Source of the DNA: a virus | Lineage: Duplodnaviria; Caudoviricetes | Reading direction: 5' to 3' (one strand) | DNA: 51,453 nt | IMG/VR virus record: IMGVR_UViG_3300032236_000307 | Span: 1 to 51,453 of that record | Part shown: positions 9,718 to 18,887 of the stretch, piece after piece | Layout: every line of letters begins with the position of its first letter | How positions within the stretch are numbered: position 1 is the stretch's first letter | Position numbers and translations under genes: made by a program | Notes under the pieces: generated by a model | Seen by the model: only the letters and a program-made list of their open reading frames with translations | Databases searched by the model: none | What the model was told of the DNA's origin: nothing

Positions 9718-11226
9718 ATGTCTAGCTTCAAACCAATGGTGAAAATGTTCACCGACGAGCCCAAGGTCAGCCTGAAGCTCAAAAAAGGTGGCAAGGTTCA
9801 CGCCAAGCACCACAAGGAGCACGAGGAGCATGGTCACAAGTCCATGCACCACGCCGCTGGTGGAATGATGCATGGTGCCCACCACGCATTCGAGTCTGAG
9901 CACGGCAAGGCACCCAAGAAGCCTTCTCATGCGGCTCGCCACAAGGCCATGAACCCCAACATGTACGCCAAGGGCGGCAAGGTGGCTCACAAGGTCATGG
10001 GCGGCGGTATGCCAATGGCTGGTGGCACTGCGCCCATCGCCAACCCTCAGTCAACTCCTATGCCTGCTATGGGTGGCGCTCCTGCTCCTACCCGCCCCAT
10101 GGGCTTGGCGGCATTGCAAGGCATGACACCTGCCAAGCGTGCCTCACGCGCCATGATGGTTCGCAAGGCTTTGAGCGGCATGAAAAAAGGCGGCTCTGCT
10201 CACGCTGAGTGCGCCAAGTTGGAAAAAGAACTCCATCACCACGAGAAGCTTGATGCCAAGCACGCACACCCCCAGAAGAAAGCTTCTGGTGGTGCGATTG
10301 ACAGGGATGAGACCCGCACAACCATTGAAAAGGGCGCGAAGAAATTCGAGAAGACCAAAATGGTTGACGGTCAACATCATGACAAGCACCATGGCACTGG
10401 CGAGATCCACGAGGGCAAGCCCGGTGGCTACAAGCACGGCGGTCATGCGCATCACGGGCACCACACCCACAAGATGCACCACAAGGCAACTGGTGGCGCG
10501 ATCCCTGCTGACACTCATGAGTCCAAGAACAAGGCCAAAACCAAAATGGGTGGCACTTACGAGGGCAATGAGCACGACTATGTCAACACTGAAATGCACT
10601 CTGCCAAAAAAGACAAAGCGCATGGCACTGGCGGCATCAAGGTGCAGAACGCTGGCGGCTTCAAGCACGGCGGCAAGATCCACCACAAGGCCCACGGCGG
10701 TAAAGCCCCGGGCGTTGGTCGTGCGATTGAGCATGATGGCAATTGGGAAAACCGTGCCGCTGATACAGCCAAGCCCGGCGTGACCAACACCAAGACTGGC
10801 GAAGTCAAGGAAGCCAATGCAGGCGGTTACAAGCATGGAGGCCATGCTTCAAAAAAGCACTACGCCACGGGCGGTAATGTCGTTGACGATGGCAAGGCAG
10901 TAAAAATGCCAAAGCACTTCGTCAGCCGACCCGTGGCTAACAGCTTGCAATCTGGCACCTTCAAGAAGGGTGGTAAGGTAAAAAAGTTTGATGATGGCGG
11001 CCCTACAAGCGATGACCAGTACACAGTCAAGAATCCAAAGGCTGTGTCTGACAAAGCAAGCAGGGAGCTTGAAGATGCTTTGAACCCGATTGGAATGGCG
11101 AAGGGGCTCTACAACAAAGCGAAGAGCTACTTCACACCATCCACCCCGGCTGGTAGCGTCACCAAGACTGAGAAATCAGTCACAGTGACTCCCGGCAAAC
11201 GCCACGGCGGTCGCGCAGGAAAGTAA
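9718..11226 (+). CDS. His/Lys-rich protein with about 15 xxGG repeats (putative internal capsid polyprotein)
   Basis: AGGAGG RBS; repeated LKKGG, YAKGG, MKKGG, YKHGG, FKHGG, YATGG, FKKGG, FDDGG and others. Confidence 0.75.
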   Translation: MSSFKPMVKMFTDEPKVSLKLKKGGKVHAKHHKEHEEHGHKSMHHAAGGMMHGAHHAFESEHGKAPKKPSHAARHKAMNPNMYAKGGKVAHKVMGGGMPMAGGTAPIANPQSTPMPAMGGAPAPTRPMGLAALQGMTPAKRASRAMMVRKALSGMKKGGSAHAECAKLEKELHHHEKLDAKHAHPQKKASGGAIDRDETRTTIEKGAKKFEKTKMVDGQHHDKHHGTGEIHEGKPGGYKHGGHAHHGHHTHKMHHKATGGAIPADTHESKNKAKTKMGGTYEGNEHDYVNTEMHSAKKDKAHGTGGIKVQNAGGFKHGGKIHHKAHGGKAPGVGRAIEHDGNWENRAADTAKPGVTNTKTGEVKEANAGGYKHGGHASKKHYATGGNVVDDGKAVKMPKHFVSRPVANSLQSGTFKKGGKVKKFDDGGPTSDDQYTVKNPKAVSDKASRELEDALNPIGMAKGLYNKAKSYFTPSTPAGSVTKTEKSVTVTPGKRHGGRAGK

Positions 11227-11228
11227 AC

Positions 11229-11255
11229 GGTGGGGGCTACGGCCCCTACCTTTTT
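11229..11255 (+). terminator. Rho-independent terminator
   Basis: GGTGGGGGC-TACG-GCCCCTACC stem followed by T5. Confidence 0.8.
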
Positions 11256-11266
11256 AAGGAATTGAC

Positions 11267-12019
11267 ATGGGAACTTATTCTTCCGCGACCCGGCAGGGCG
11301 CATTTGAGCCGTTTGAACTGCAAGTATCTCGCGGTCAAGTAGACGGTCACACACCAATCAACATTTTCGGATACAGCGCCGCAGTTGGATCCTCTGCACT
11401 TGGCCCATTGTGGGAAGGCTTGACTTTGTCTGGTGGCGCATATGCGTATCCCGGTTCAGCCGCACCATTGGTATTGGTCAGCGACTCCGCATCCGATACC
11501 TCTGCATTGAGCGTTCGCATTGAAGGCTTGGATGCCAACTATGCACCATTGATCGAAACAATTGCGATGAATGGCACAACCAACGTGACCACAACTGGTT
11601 CGTTCTTGCGCATCAACTTGATGTCTACCACCAATGGCCTGAACGTCGGCAACATCACCGCAAAGATTAGCTCGACGACCTATGCCAAGATCAGTGCCGG
11701 CATTGGTCAGACTCAAATGTCTTTGTACACCGTGCCAAAGGGCTACACCTTCTATTTGTCTTACATCCAATCAGATGCAAGCATTGGATTCACCTCAAGC
11801 AACTACATGAAGTATGTTGAGTACAACAAGGACAACACGACTGGTGAAATCAATGTGCTGAACCAAACAACCTTTGTTCAGTCACTCAACATTCCATATT
11901 CCTGCCCAATTCCGCATACTGAAAAAACTGACATTCAGTTTCAAGTCGTTGCAAATACAGGAAGCCCGTTCCTTGCCAACATTTATGCTGGCGGCATCTT
12001 GATCAAAAACCCAGATTAA
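11267..12019 (+). CDS. Virion structural protein (hypothetical, beta-rich)
   Basis: AAGGA RBS; FELQVSRGQV, GIGQTQMSLYTVP and EKTDIQ motifs typical of phage structural proteins. Confidence 0.65.
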   Translation: MGTYSSATRQGAFEPFELQVSRGQVDGHTPINIFGYSAAVGSSALGPLWEGLTLSGGAYAYPGSAAPLVLVSDSASDTSALSVRIEGLDANYAPLIETIAMNGTTNVTTTGSFLRINLMSTTNGLNVGNITAKISSTTYAKISAGIGQTQMSLYTVPKGYTFYLSYIQSDASIGFTSSNYMKYVEYNKDNTTGEINVLNQTTFVQSLNIPYSCPIPHTEKTDIQFQVVANTGSPFLANIYAGGILIKNPD

Positions 12020-12028
12020 GGAAGCATC

Positions 12029-12187
12029 ATGCCTCTGATCAAAAGCAAATCTGAAAAGGCATTCAAGAAGAACATTGCCACTGAAGTCAAGGCAGGTAAA
12101 CCTGTCAAGCAGGCCGTGGCAATCGCCTACAGCACCAAGCGTGCCGCCCCGCAGAAAAAATGCGGCGGTGGTAAGACTGGCTGGTAA
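12029..12187 (+). CDS. Small basic protein (KQAVAIAYS family, 52 aa, not in the ORF track)
   Basis: AAGGA RBS; [35 protein letters not shown]...CGGGKTGW. Confidence 0.7.
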   Translation: MPLIKSKSEKAFKKNIATEVKAGKPVKQAVAIAYSTKRAAPQKKCGGGKTGW

Positions 12188-12189
12188 TC

Positions 12190-12585
12190 ATGACCAAAAG
12201 GGGGCTATATGCCAATATCAATGCAAAGCGCGAAAGAATCGCTGAAGGCTCTGGTGAACGCATGCGTAAGCCGGGTGCAAAAAATGCTCCAACTGCTCAA
12301 GCTTTCAAAGAGTCAGCCAAAACAGCCAAATTGAAGGATGGAGGCGTGTCTCTTGCCGTCGGCAGGGGTGAGAAGCTTCCCGCTTCCAAAGGCGCTGGAT
12401 TGACCCAAAAAGGCCGCGAGAAATACAACCGCGAGACTGGGTCGCACTTGAAGGCTCCACAGCCTCAAGGTGGCTCGCGCAAGGACTCGTTTTGCGCCAG
12501 AATGAGCGGTGTAGTTGAACATTCAAAGGGTGACGCAGAGCGAGCGAAAGCATCATTAAAACGCTGGAAATGTCCCGGCTGGTAA
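12190..12585 (+). CDS. Basic hypothetical protein (GLYANI / SFCARMSG family)
   Basis: GLYANINAKRERI, RKDSFCARMSG, SLKRWKC; internal LKDGG. Confidence 0.7.
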   Translation: MTKRGLYANINAKRERIAEGSGERMRKPGAKNAPTAQAFKESAKTAKLKDGGVSLAVGRGEKLPASKGAGLTQKGREKYNRETGSHLKAPQPQGGSRKDSFCARMSGVVEHSKGDAERAKASLKRWKCPGW

Positions 12586-12595
12586 AGGAAACATC

Positions 12596-13093
12596 ATGAG
12601 CATGTACGGCAGTAGCAAAAGTAGCCCAGAGACAAAAAGAAAGATTGAGGAAGCCGCCAAGAAGGCTGAAGATTTTTTCAGTGGCAAAACGCCAAGAAAG
12701 ACTCCTGCTGAGGCAAAGGCAGAGCATGAGGCATGGAAGCAAAAGTCCATGGCTGATGTCAAGGCTCGCAATGAGAAGGCCAAGGCCGAAGCTTTGGAGC
12801 ACGAAAAAGAAACAGCCAAAAGAGATGCCGCTGATTTACCCAACTTGCAAAAGCAACATGCTGAGATGGAGGCAACCTACAACAAGGGCAAAAATTGGGA
12901 ATATGCCGACCGCGAGCAAAACCTGAGCCCCGAAGAGCGTACTGCTCGTGACATGCGCGGAAGCATGAGTCAACTGGCTCAACGCATCCACAACGTCAAA
13001 AAGCACGGCTTTAAGCAGGGCGGCAAGATCAACTTGAAGGATTGCTCGGTGTCAACGCACGAGAAAAATTCCAAACACAAAAATTCTTGGTAA
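12596..13093 (+). CDS. Hypothetical protein with C-terminal GGKIxLKDCxVSTH tag
   Basis: AAGGA RBS; helical charged body; C-terminal tag shared with the next gene. Confidence 0.7.
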   Translation: MSMYGSSKSSPETKRKIEEAAKKAEDFFSGKTPRKTPAEAKAEHEAWKQKSMADVKARNEKAKAEALEHEKETAKRDAADLPNLQKQHAEMEATYNKGKNWEYADREQNLSPEERTARDMRGSMSQLAQRIHNVKKHGFKQGGKINLKDCSVSTHEKNSKHKNSW

Positions 13094-13102
13094 GGAGCAA
13101 TC

Positions 13103-13573
13103 ATGCCTAATTGGAGATCACGTTCAGACACAGAGGCTTGGTGGTCAAGCCAGCCCGGCAATCGCGGCAAGGTATATCCCGGCGACGACATTGCAGAGAA
13201 GCAATATGAGCGCAACAAGGCCGCTGGTGAGAACAACTCCAGCTTTTTCCGCAACTTCTTTTTTGGCAAAAGCGATGCACGCAAGCGCCCGGTCGAAGAT
13301 GCGGTGAACAATGCCGACGTGGTGGATACCCCCTACGGCAAGCAAAGAATGACCAAGGACGCTCAAAGAGAAGCTTCTGAGGCCAGAGTCAAGCCTGCTC
13401 CCAGACAAAAGCCTATGGCTCAGTTGGGCGGCCTAGACATGGGTGAAACTGGCGACTATCCCGAAGATAGTAGCGGTCAGGTTTCGCTGAATGAGGCCAA
13501 AGGTGGGAAAATACGGTTGAAAGATTGCAAGGTATCAACTCATACCAAAAACAAAAAACAGCCAAACTGGTGA
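13103..13573 (+). CDS. Hypothetical protein with C-terminal GGKIxLKDCxVSTH tag
   Basis: AGGAG RBS; C-terminal tag shared with the previous gene. Confidence 0.7.
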   Translation: MPNWRSRSDTEAWWSSQPGNRGKVYPGDDIAEKQYERNKAAGENNSSFFRNFFFGKSDARKRPVEDAVNNADVVDTPYGKQRMTKDAQREASEARVKPAPRQKPMAQLGGLDMGETGDYPEDSSGQVSLNEAKGGKIRLKDCKVSTHTKNKKQPNW

Positions 13574-13581
13574 GGTAAACA

Positions 13582-14652
13582 ATGGCTTACAGCGGTACTG
13601 TCGGACAAACTGTAGTCAGTGTACAGAGCTTCATTGATCAAGGCGCACGCCTGTCTGGAAAGCTTGCAGAAGAGCTTACCGTCGAACAAGTACAAGCTTC
13701 AAAGCAAGCGCTCTTTTTTGTCTTGAGCAATTTGATCAATCAGGGCATCAACTACTGGTGCATCGACAAGAAGGTGTATGGCCTCAACGCCGACCAATTC
13801 GAGTACCTGCTCCCCTTGGGTGGCAATGACGTTTTGAACGCGCTGTATCGCCGTTTGAACCGCCCTACGCCTGCCCCGGGTGGCTCATACTTTGCGTCGT
13901 CCGGCGTGACCGGTCTAGCCTTTGACAACAACATCCTGACATCAGATGCGCAGACATCGCCCAACGGCTACATCGGCATCGACTACGGCCCCAACAACCC
14001 AATCTATGCTGGTTCAATCGGCATCCTGCCTGCCACGTCTGGCTCATTCCACATCCTGCTGGAGTGGTCAAACGACGGGGTGACATGGAACCTGCTTGAA
14101 GATACTGGCGTGACCACATGGGTGTCGGGAACATGGCTGTGGTACGACATCGACCCGGGCGTGACAGCCCAGCTTTACCGCATGCGCGAGACTGGCGGCG
14201 GCACGCTGAACGTGGCTGAGTTCTTTGTTGGCAACAACAGCACCGAAGTCACCATGGCTCGCCTGAACAGGGACGATTACACCAACCTGCCCAACAAGAA
14301 TTTCACCGCCAATCAGCCGTTTCAATTCTGGTTCAACCGCACATTGCCGCAGTCAAAGATTGTGCTGTGGCCTACGCCGTCAGACCCGTTTGTTCAGATG
14401 GTAGTTTGGTATTCGCGCCAGATCATGGATGTGGGCGACTTGAGTGGTCAGTTGGAAATCCCTCAACGCTGGAACCAAGCAATCCAATATTTGCTGGCTC
14501 ACCAGATGAGCTTGATCCTGCCTGATGTGCAACTTGTCCGTTCGCAATATCTGGAAGGCCAAGCAGAGAAATACTTCATCATGGCTGAGAACGAAGAGCG
14601 CGACAAGTCGCCGATCTATTTCGCCCCAAACATTTCCGTCTACACGAGGTAA
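13582..14652 (+). CDS. Head-tail adaptor / tail tubular protein with an inserted beta domain
   Basis: GAGG RBS; NQGINYW, RLNRDDYTNLPNK, LWPTPS and EIPQRW motifs of podovirus adaptors; central discoidin-like segment (LLEWSNDGVTW, LYRMRETGG). Confidence 0.6.
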   Translation: MAYSGTVGQTVVSVQSFIDQGARLSGKLAEELTVEQVQASKQALFFVLSNLINQGINYWCIDKKVYGLNADQFEYLLPLGGNDVLNALYRRLNRPTPAPGGSYFASSGVTGLAFDNNILTSDAQTSPNGYIGIDYGPNNPIYAGSIGILPATSGSFHILLEWSNDGVTWNLLEDTGVTTWVSGTWLWYDIDPGVTAQLYRMRETGGGTLNVAEFFVGNNSTEVTMARLNRDDYTNLPNKNFTANQPFQFWFNRTLPQSKIVLWPTPSDPFVQMVVWYSRQIMDVGDLSGQLEIPQRWNQAIQYLLAHQMSLILPDVQLVRSQYLEGQAEKYFIMAENEERDKSPIYFAPNISVYTR

Positions 14653-14655
14653 TCA

Positions 14656-15003
14656 ATGCCTCGTTTTCTCAATACCACTGGCAATGCTTCGATAGCCATC
14701 TTCATTTGCGACAGATGCAAGATGAAGCGTGCCATCATTGAGGCCATGCCAGACCCCAACTTTCCCGGGTTGAAGGTTTGCCAACAGGGTTGCGCCGATC
14801 AAAAAGACCCATATCGCCTGCCCGCACGCAAGACTGAGCGGATTAACCTGCAATACCCTCGCCCCGATGTCAGCGTGGCTGTGGAGCCTTATGACATCGT
14901 GACGCAACCGTATGGTGGTGAAATCCTGAGTACCGAGCAGTCAACGAATACCCCAGCCGACACAGGCAACAACGACACGCTGAAAACACAGCCGAGCCCT
15001 TAA
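14656..15003 (+). CDS. Small Cys-motif structural-module protein
   Basis: ICDRC...KVCQQGCAD..DP...PRPD. Confidence 0.65.
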   Translation: MPRFLNTTGNASIAIFICDRCKMKRAIIEAMPDPNFPGLKVCQQGCADQKDPYRLPARKTERINLQYPRPDVSVAVEPYDIVTQPYGGEILSTEQSTNTPADTGNNDTLKTQPSP

Positions 15004-17412
15004 ATGTCATCACAAGTCACGATCACCGAACTGCCACAAGCATTGCCCCTGACGGGCAGTGAGGTGGTGCCTGTCGTCCAAAACGGTGTCACCGTCAAGA
15101 CCACCACGGGCTCAATTGCTGGTGCAGGTGCGCTGAATTACCCATTCCTGACAGTTGGATCCACCGCCGGGTTAACGCAAGCACGCTACCTGACGACCGG
15201 AAACGGCATGTCGCTGACAGACAGCGGCGCAGGCAACACCTTGCGGATCAATATGACTGGGCCGGCATCAAGTCTGAACGCCGCAAGCAACGGACTCATC
15301 GTCAAAAACGGCCCCAGCACGGTCATAAACCGCCAGTTGACAGTTGGTTCAGGCATGACCATAGCCAATGCAGATGGGGTCGATGACAACCCGCTGATTG
15401 GCCTGAATACCAACCTGCAAAACGTAGCCAGCCTGTCCGGCACCGGACTGGTGACGGTCAAGGGATCAATCTTTTCCCAAACTGCAATCGTTGGTGTTAC
15501 TAATCAGATTAGTATTTCCAACGGAGATGCAGGTAGTGGATCGCCCACAATTGGCCTTGCTGACAACCCAATACTGCCCGGCGCATCCGGGGTTACGTTG
15601 CCTCAGGGCACCACAGTACAGCGTGCCGGAGCAAACGGCACCATACGCTACAACAGCCAAACACAGCAGTTTGAGGGTTATGCCAACAACACATGGAACC
15701 CGTTTTCACTGTCGGGCGGTGTAACGTCCTTCAGCGCAGGCACAACGGGCTTTACGCCGTCCACAGACACCACTGGTGCCGTTACCCTTGATGGCATCCT
15801 GAACGTGTCCAATGGCGGCACAGGAACGTCTACGCTGACCGGCTACGTCAAAGGCAACGGCTCAATCCCCATGACGGCCTCGGCGACCATACCGACGACC
15901 GATTTGTCGGGCACTGTGACCAATGCCCAGCTTACCAACAGCAGTGTGACCATCAACGGCACCTCAGTGAGCCTTGGCGGCTCCATTACGGTGACCGCAA
16001 CAGCCACCAATGCGTTGACCATTGGCACCGGGTTGAGCGGCGCAAGCTACAACGGCTCATCCCCAGTCACCATTGCGATTGATTCGACTGTGGCGACATT
16101 GACTGGCTCGCAGACATTGACCAACAAGTCAATCAGCGGCTCGACCAACACGCTAACCAATATTGGCAACTCCAGCCTGACCAACTCGTCGTTGACCATC
16201 GGCACGACATCGGTTGCGCTGGGGGCCACTTCGTTGACTTTGGCTGGCCTGACCTCAGTCACGCTGACTCAAAATCCGACCTCGGCCCTGCAAGCCGCCA
16301 CCAAGCAATACGTTGATGCGGCGGTGTCCAACGTCAACTATCACGCCGCTTGTAACTACGCCACAACGGTTGATTTGGGGTCTGTGACCTACAACAACGG
16401 CACATCTGGCGTTGGGGCTACGTTGACCAATGCGGGAACGCAAGCGGCCTTGGTGATCGATGGTCACACCTTCACGGCGACCGATGTCACCAACAGCGTG
16501 CGGATCCTGATCAAGAACGAAAGTTCGGGCCAGTACAACGGCGTTTATGTGCTGACCAATCAAGGATCGGTGTCAACAAACTGGTCGATGGTCAGGGCAA
16601 CCGATTACGACCAAACAGGCACTGGACAGAACGAAATCGCTCCCGGCGACACGATGTATGTCATCAGCGGCACGGTCAATAACGGAACTCAGTGGGTTCA
16701 GACAACCGACTTCCCCATCACCATCGGCACAACACCGCTGAGTTTTTCGCAGATTGCTGGCCCGGGCGCGTACACCGCAGGCACTGGCCTGACGCTGACT
16801 GGAACCCAGTTCAGCATTACCAACACCACGGTGTCTGCTGGCTCCTATGGATCAGCAACGCAGGTGGGAACCTTCACGGTCAACGCTCAAGGTCAACTGA
16901 CCGCCGCCGGAAACACCACCGTGACCCCGGCTGTGGGGTCTATCACCGGCTTAGGAACCAACGTAGCAACCGCCTTAGCAATTGCCGTTGGCACCTCCGG
17001 GTCTATCGTGACCAATGGCGGCGTTCTGGGCACCCCAAGCAGTGGCACGGTGACCAATCTGACAGGCACAGCCTCCATCAACATCAATGGCACTGTGGGG
17101 GCTACAACAGCCAATACAGGGGCGTTCACCACCATCTCAGCGACCGGTGTCATCACATCCACCGTTGCAACAGGAACAGCCCCGTTTACCGTGTCATCGA
17201 CGACGCAGGTGGCTAACCTGAATGCGGCGACCGCAGGCACCGCAACCAACGCCACAAACACCGGCATCACTGCCGTCACAACAGGCGCAACAAACTACTT
17301 GACCTTCGTTACCGCGACTAGCGGCAACTTGCCTCAATTGGTAAACTCATCAATAACTGTAAACGCAGTAAATGGCACCATCACAGGTGGCGTTACGGGC
17401 GGCACGTTCTAA
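15004..17412 (+). CDS. Long tail fibre protein
   Basis: 802 aa T/G/S-rich; ITELP N-terminus, GTIRYN..FEGY, AATKQYVD, RILIKNE..NGVY motifs; ends GGTF. Confidence 0.8.
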   Translation: MSSQVTITELPQALPLTGSEVVPVVQNGVTVKTTTGSIAGAGALNYPFLTVGSTAGLTQARYLTTGNGMSLTDSGAGNTLRINMTGPASSLNAASNGLIVKNGPSTVINRQLTVGSGMTIANADGVDDNPLIGLNTNLQNVASLSGTGLVTVKGSIFSQTAIVGVTNQISISNGDAGSGSPTIGLADNPILPGASGVTLPQGTTVQRAGANGTIRYNSQTQQFEGYANNTWNPFSLSGGVTSFSAGTTGFTPSTDTTGAVTLDGILNVSNGGTGTSTLTGYVKGNGSIPMTASATIPTTDLSGTVTNAQLTNSSVTINGTSVSLGGSITVTATATNALTIGTGLSGASYNGSSPVTIAIDSTVATLTGSQTLTNKSISGSTNTLTNIGNSSLTNSSLTIGTTSVALGATSLTLAGLTSVTLTQNPTSALQAATKQYVDAAVSNVNYHAACNYATTVDLGSVTYNNGTSGVGATLTNAGTQAALVIDGHTFTATDVTNSVRILIKNESSGQYNGVYVLTNQGSVSTNWSMVRATDYDQTGTGQNEIAPGDTMYVISGTVNNGTQWVQTTDFPITIGTTPLSFSQIAGPGAYTAGTGLTLTGTQFSITNTTVSAGSYGSATQVGTFTVNAQGQLTAAGNTTVTPAVGSITGLGTNVATALAIAVGTSGSIVTNGGVLGTPSSGTVTNLTGTASININGTVGATTANTGAFTTISATGVITSTVATGTAPFTVSSTTQVANLNAATAGTATNATNTGITAVTTGATNYLTFVTATSGNLPQLVNSSITVNAVNGTITGGVTGGTF
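15498..15514. promoter_or_regulatory. 17-bp palindrome TACTAATC-A-GATTAGTA (copy 2)
   Basis: Perfect inverted repeat inside the tail-fibre CDS. Confidence 0.7.
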
Positions 17413-17421
17413 GGAAACAAC

Positions 17422-18192
17422 ATGGCGGCAACAGGCTATACCCCGATTTCGCTCTACTACTCCAGCACGACCACCAACGTGCCTCTGGCGGCTAACCTCG
17501 TGAACGGCGAGTTGGCGCTCAACATCGCTGACGGCAAGCTGTTTTACAAGGATTCTGGCGGCGTTGTGCAGGTGCTGGCGACAAAGGGTGCAGGCACGAT
17601 TGGCGGCTCCAACACCCAGATTCAGTTCAACAACTCTGGTGCGTTGGGTGGATCAGCAAACCTGACATGGAATGGCACGTCGCTTGCGGTGACAGGCACG
17701 GTTGCAGTGACCGGCGCACTGACTGCCACGCTGGACTCGACATTCAGTTCAACTGGCGCTTTGTTGATCAGCAAAGGCACGACCGCTCAACAGCCCGGCT
17801 CGCCATCAACCGGCATGTTGCGCTACAACACGACAACCAACTCGTTTGAGGGTTACAGCGGCTCATCTCCTGCATGGAACCCTGTTGGCGGCGTATCGCT
17901 GTCCAACGACACCTCAACTTCAAGCAACATCTATCCCTTGTTTGCGGCGGCAACAAGTGGCGCTGTATCGACCATCTACACTGGCAATTCAAGCCTGCTG
18001 TACAAGCCAAGCACTGGTGAGTTGACTGCTGTGTCGCACTTGTCTTCAAGCGGACTGACAGGCAACTCAAACACTGTGGCGGCAAGCTATTCTCTTCCAT
18101 CTGGCTACAACGCAATGAGTGCAGGCCCCATCACAGTCAACACAGGGGTTACAGTCACCGTTCCGACTGGTAGCACTTGGACAGTTGTTTAA
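17422..18192 (+). CDS. Tail fibre / fibre-branching adaptor protein
   Basis: N-terminal GELALNIADGKLFYK, GMLRYN..FEGY, C-terminal NAMSAGPITV...GSTWTVV. Confidence 0.7.
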   Translation: MAATGYTPISLYYSSTTTNVPLAANLVNGELALNIADGKLFYKDSGGVVQVLATKGAGTIGGSNTQIQFNNSGALGGSANLTWNGTSLAVTGTVAVTGALTATLDSTFSSTGALLISKGTTAQQPGSPSTGMLRYNTTTNSFEGYSGSSPAWNPVGGVSLSNDTSTSSNIYPLFAAATSGAVSTIYTGNSSLLYKPSTGELTAVSHLSSSGLTGNSNTVAASYSLPSGYNAMSAGPITVNTGVTVTVPTGSTWTVV

Positions 18193-18201
18193 GGAGAACA
18201 C

Positions 18202-18882
18202 ATGAGTTCAGTACAAGTTCAGGGTAATGCAAGCGGCACAGGTGTGCTGACCATTGCCGCGCCCAACACAAACAGCAACTACACGATTACATTGCCAGCC
18301 GCCACCACCACATTGACAGGCACAGATGCAACTCAGACGCTGACAAACAAGACGTTGACCAGCCCAACAATTACCGGCGCGGTAGTGAGTTCAATGGCAT
18401 CCAGCGTGATTACGTCTGGAACTGCCGTGGCTTCCACCAGTGGAACAAGCATCACGTTTAGCTCAATTCCGTCTTGGGTAAAACGAATAACCATCATACT
18501 TGTCGGAGTTAGTACCAGCGGAACATCGCCCCCTCAAATTCAAATTGGCGCAGGTAGTGTTACTACTACTGGATATTTAGGCTCAAGTAGCGTACTTGGC
18601 ACATCTGGAGCCGCAAGCGCAAACTTTACTACTGGCTTTGGTATTGGCGTAAATACAGCTCAATGGACTGCCGCACAAGTTGGTCATGGCGCATTTACGC
18701 TCACTAACTTTGGTAGTAATACATGGGTTTGTACTGGAAATTTTGGCATGTCAACTACTGCCGCTAACTTTTTTACCGGCGGCTCTTTGGCTCTTGGCGG
18801 CACACTTGACCGCGTGGTAATAACGACGCTCAACGGCACTGACACCTTCGACGCTGGTTCAATCAACATTCTTTACGAGTAA
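18202..18882 (+). CDS. Tail fibre tip / receptor-binding protein
   Basis: AGGAG RBS; QTLTNKTLTSP repeat, SIPSWVKRIT, FDAGSINILYE. Confidence 0.7.
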   Translation: MSSVQVQGNASGTGVLTIAAPNTNSNYTITLPAATTTLTGTDATQTLTNKTLTSPTITGAVVSSMASSVITSGTAVASTSGTSITFSSIPSWVKRITIILVGVSTSGTSPPQIQIGAGSVTTTGYLGSSSVLGTSGAASANFTTGFGIGVNTAQWTAAQVGHGAFTLTNFGSNTWVCTGNFGMSTTAANFFTGGSLALGGTLDRVVITTLNGTDTFDAGSINILYE

Positions 18883-18887
18883 ACATC

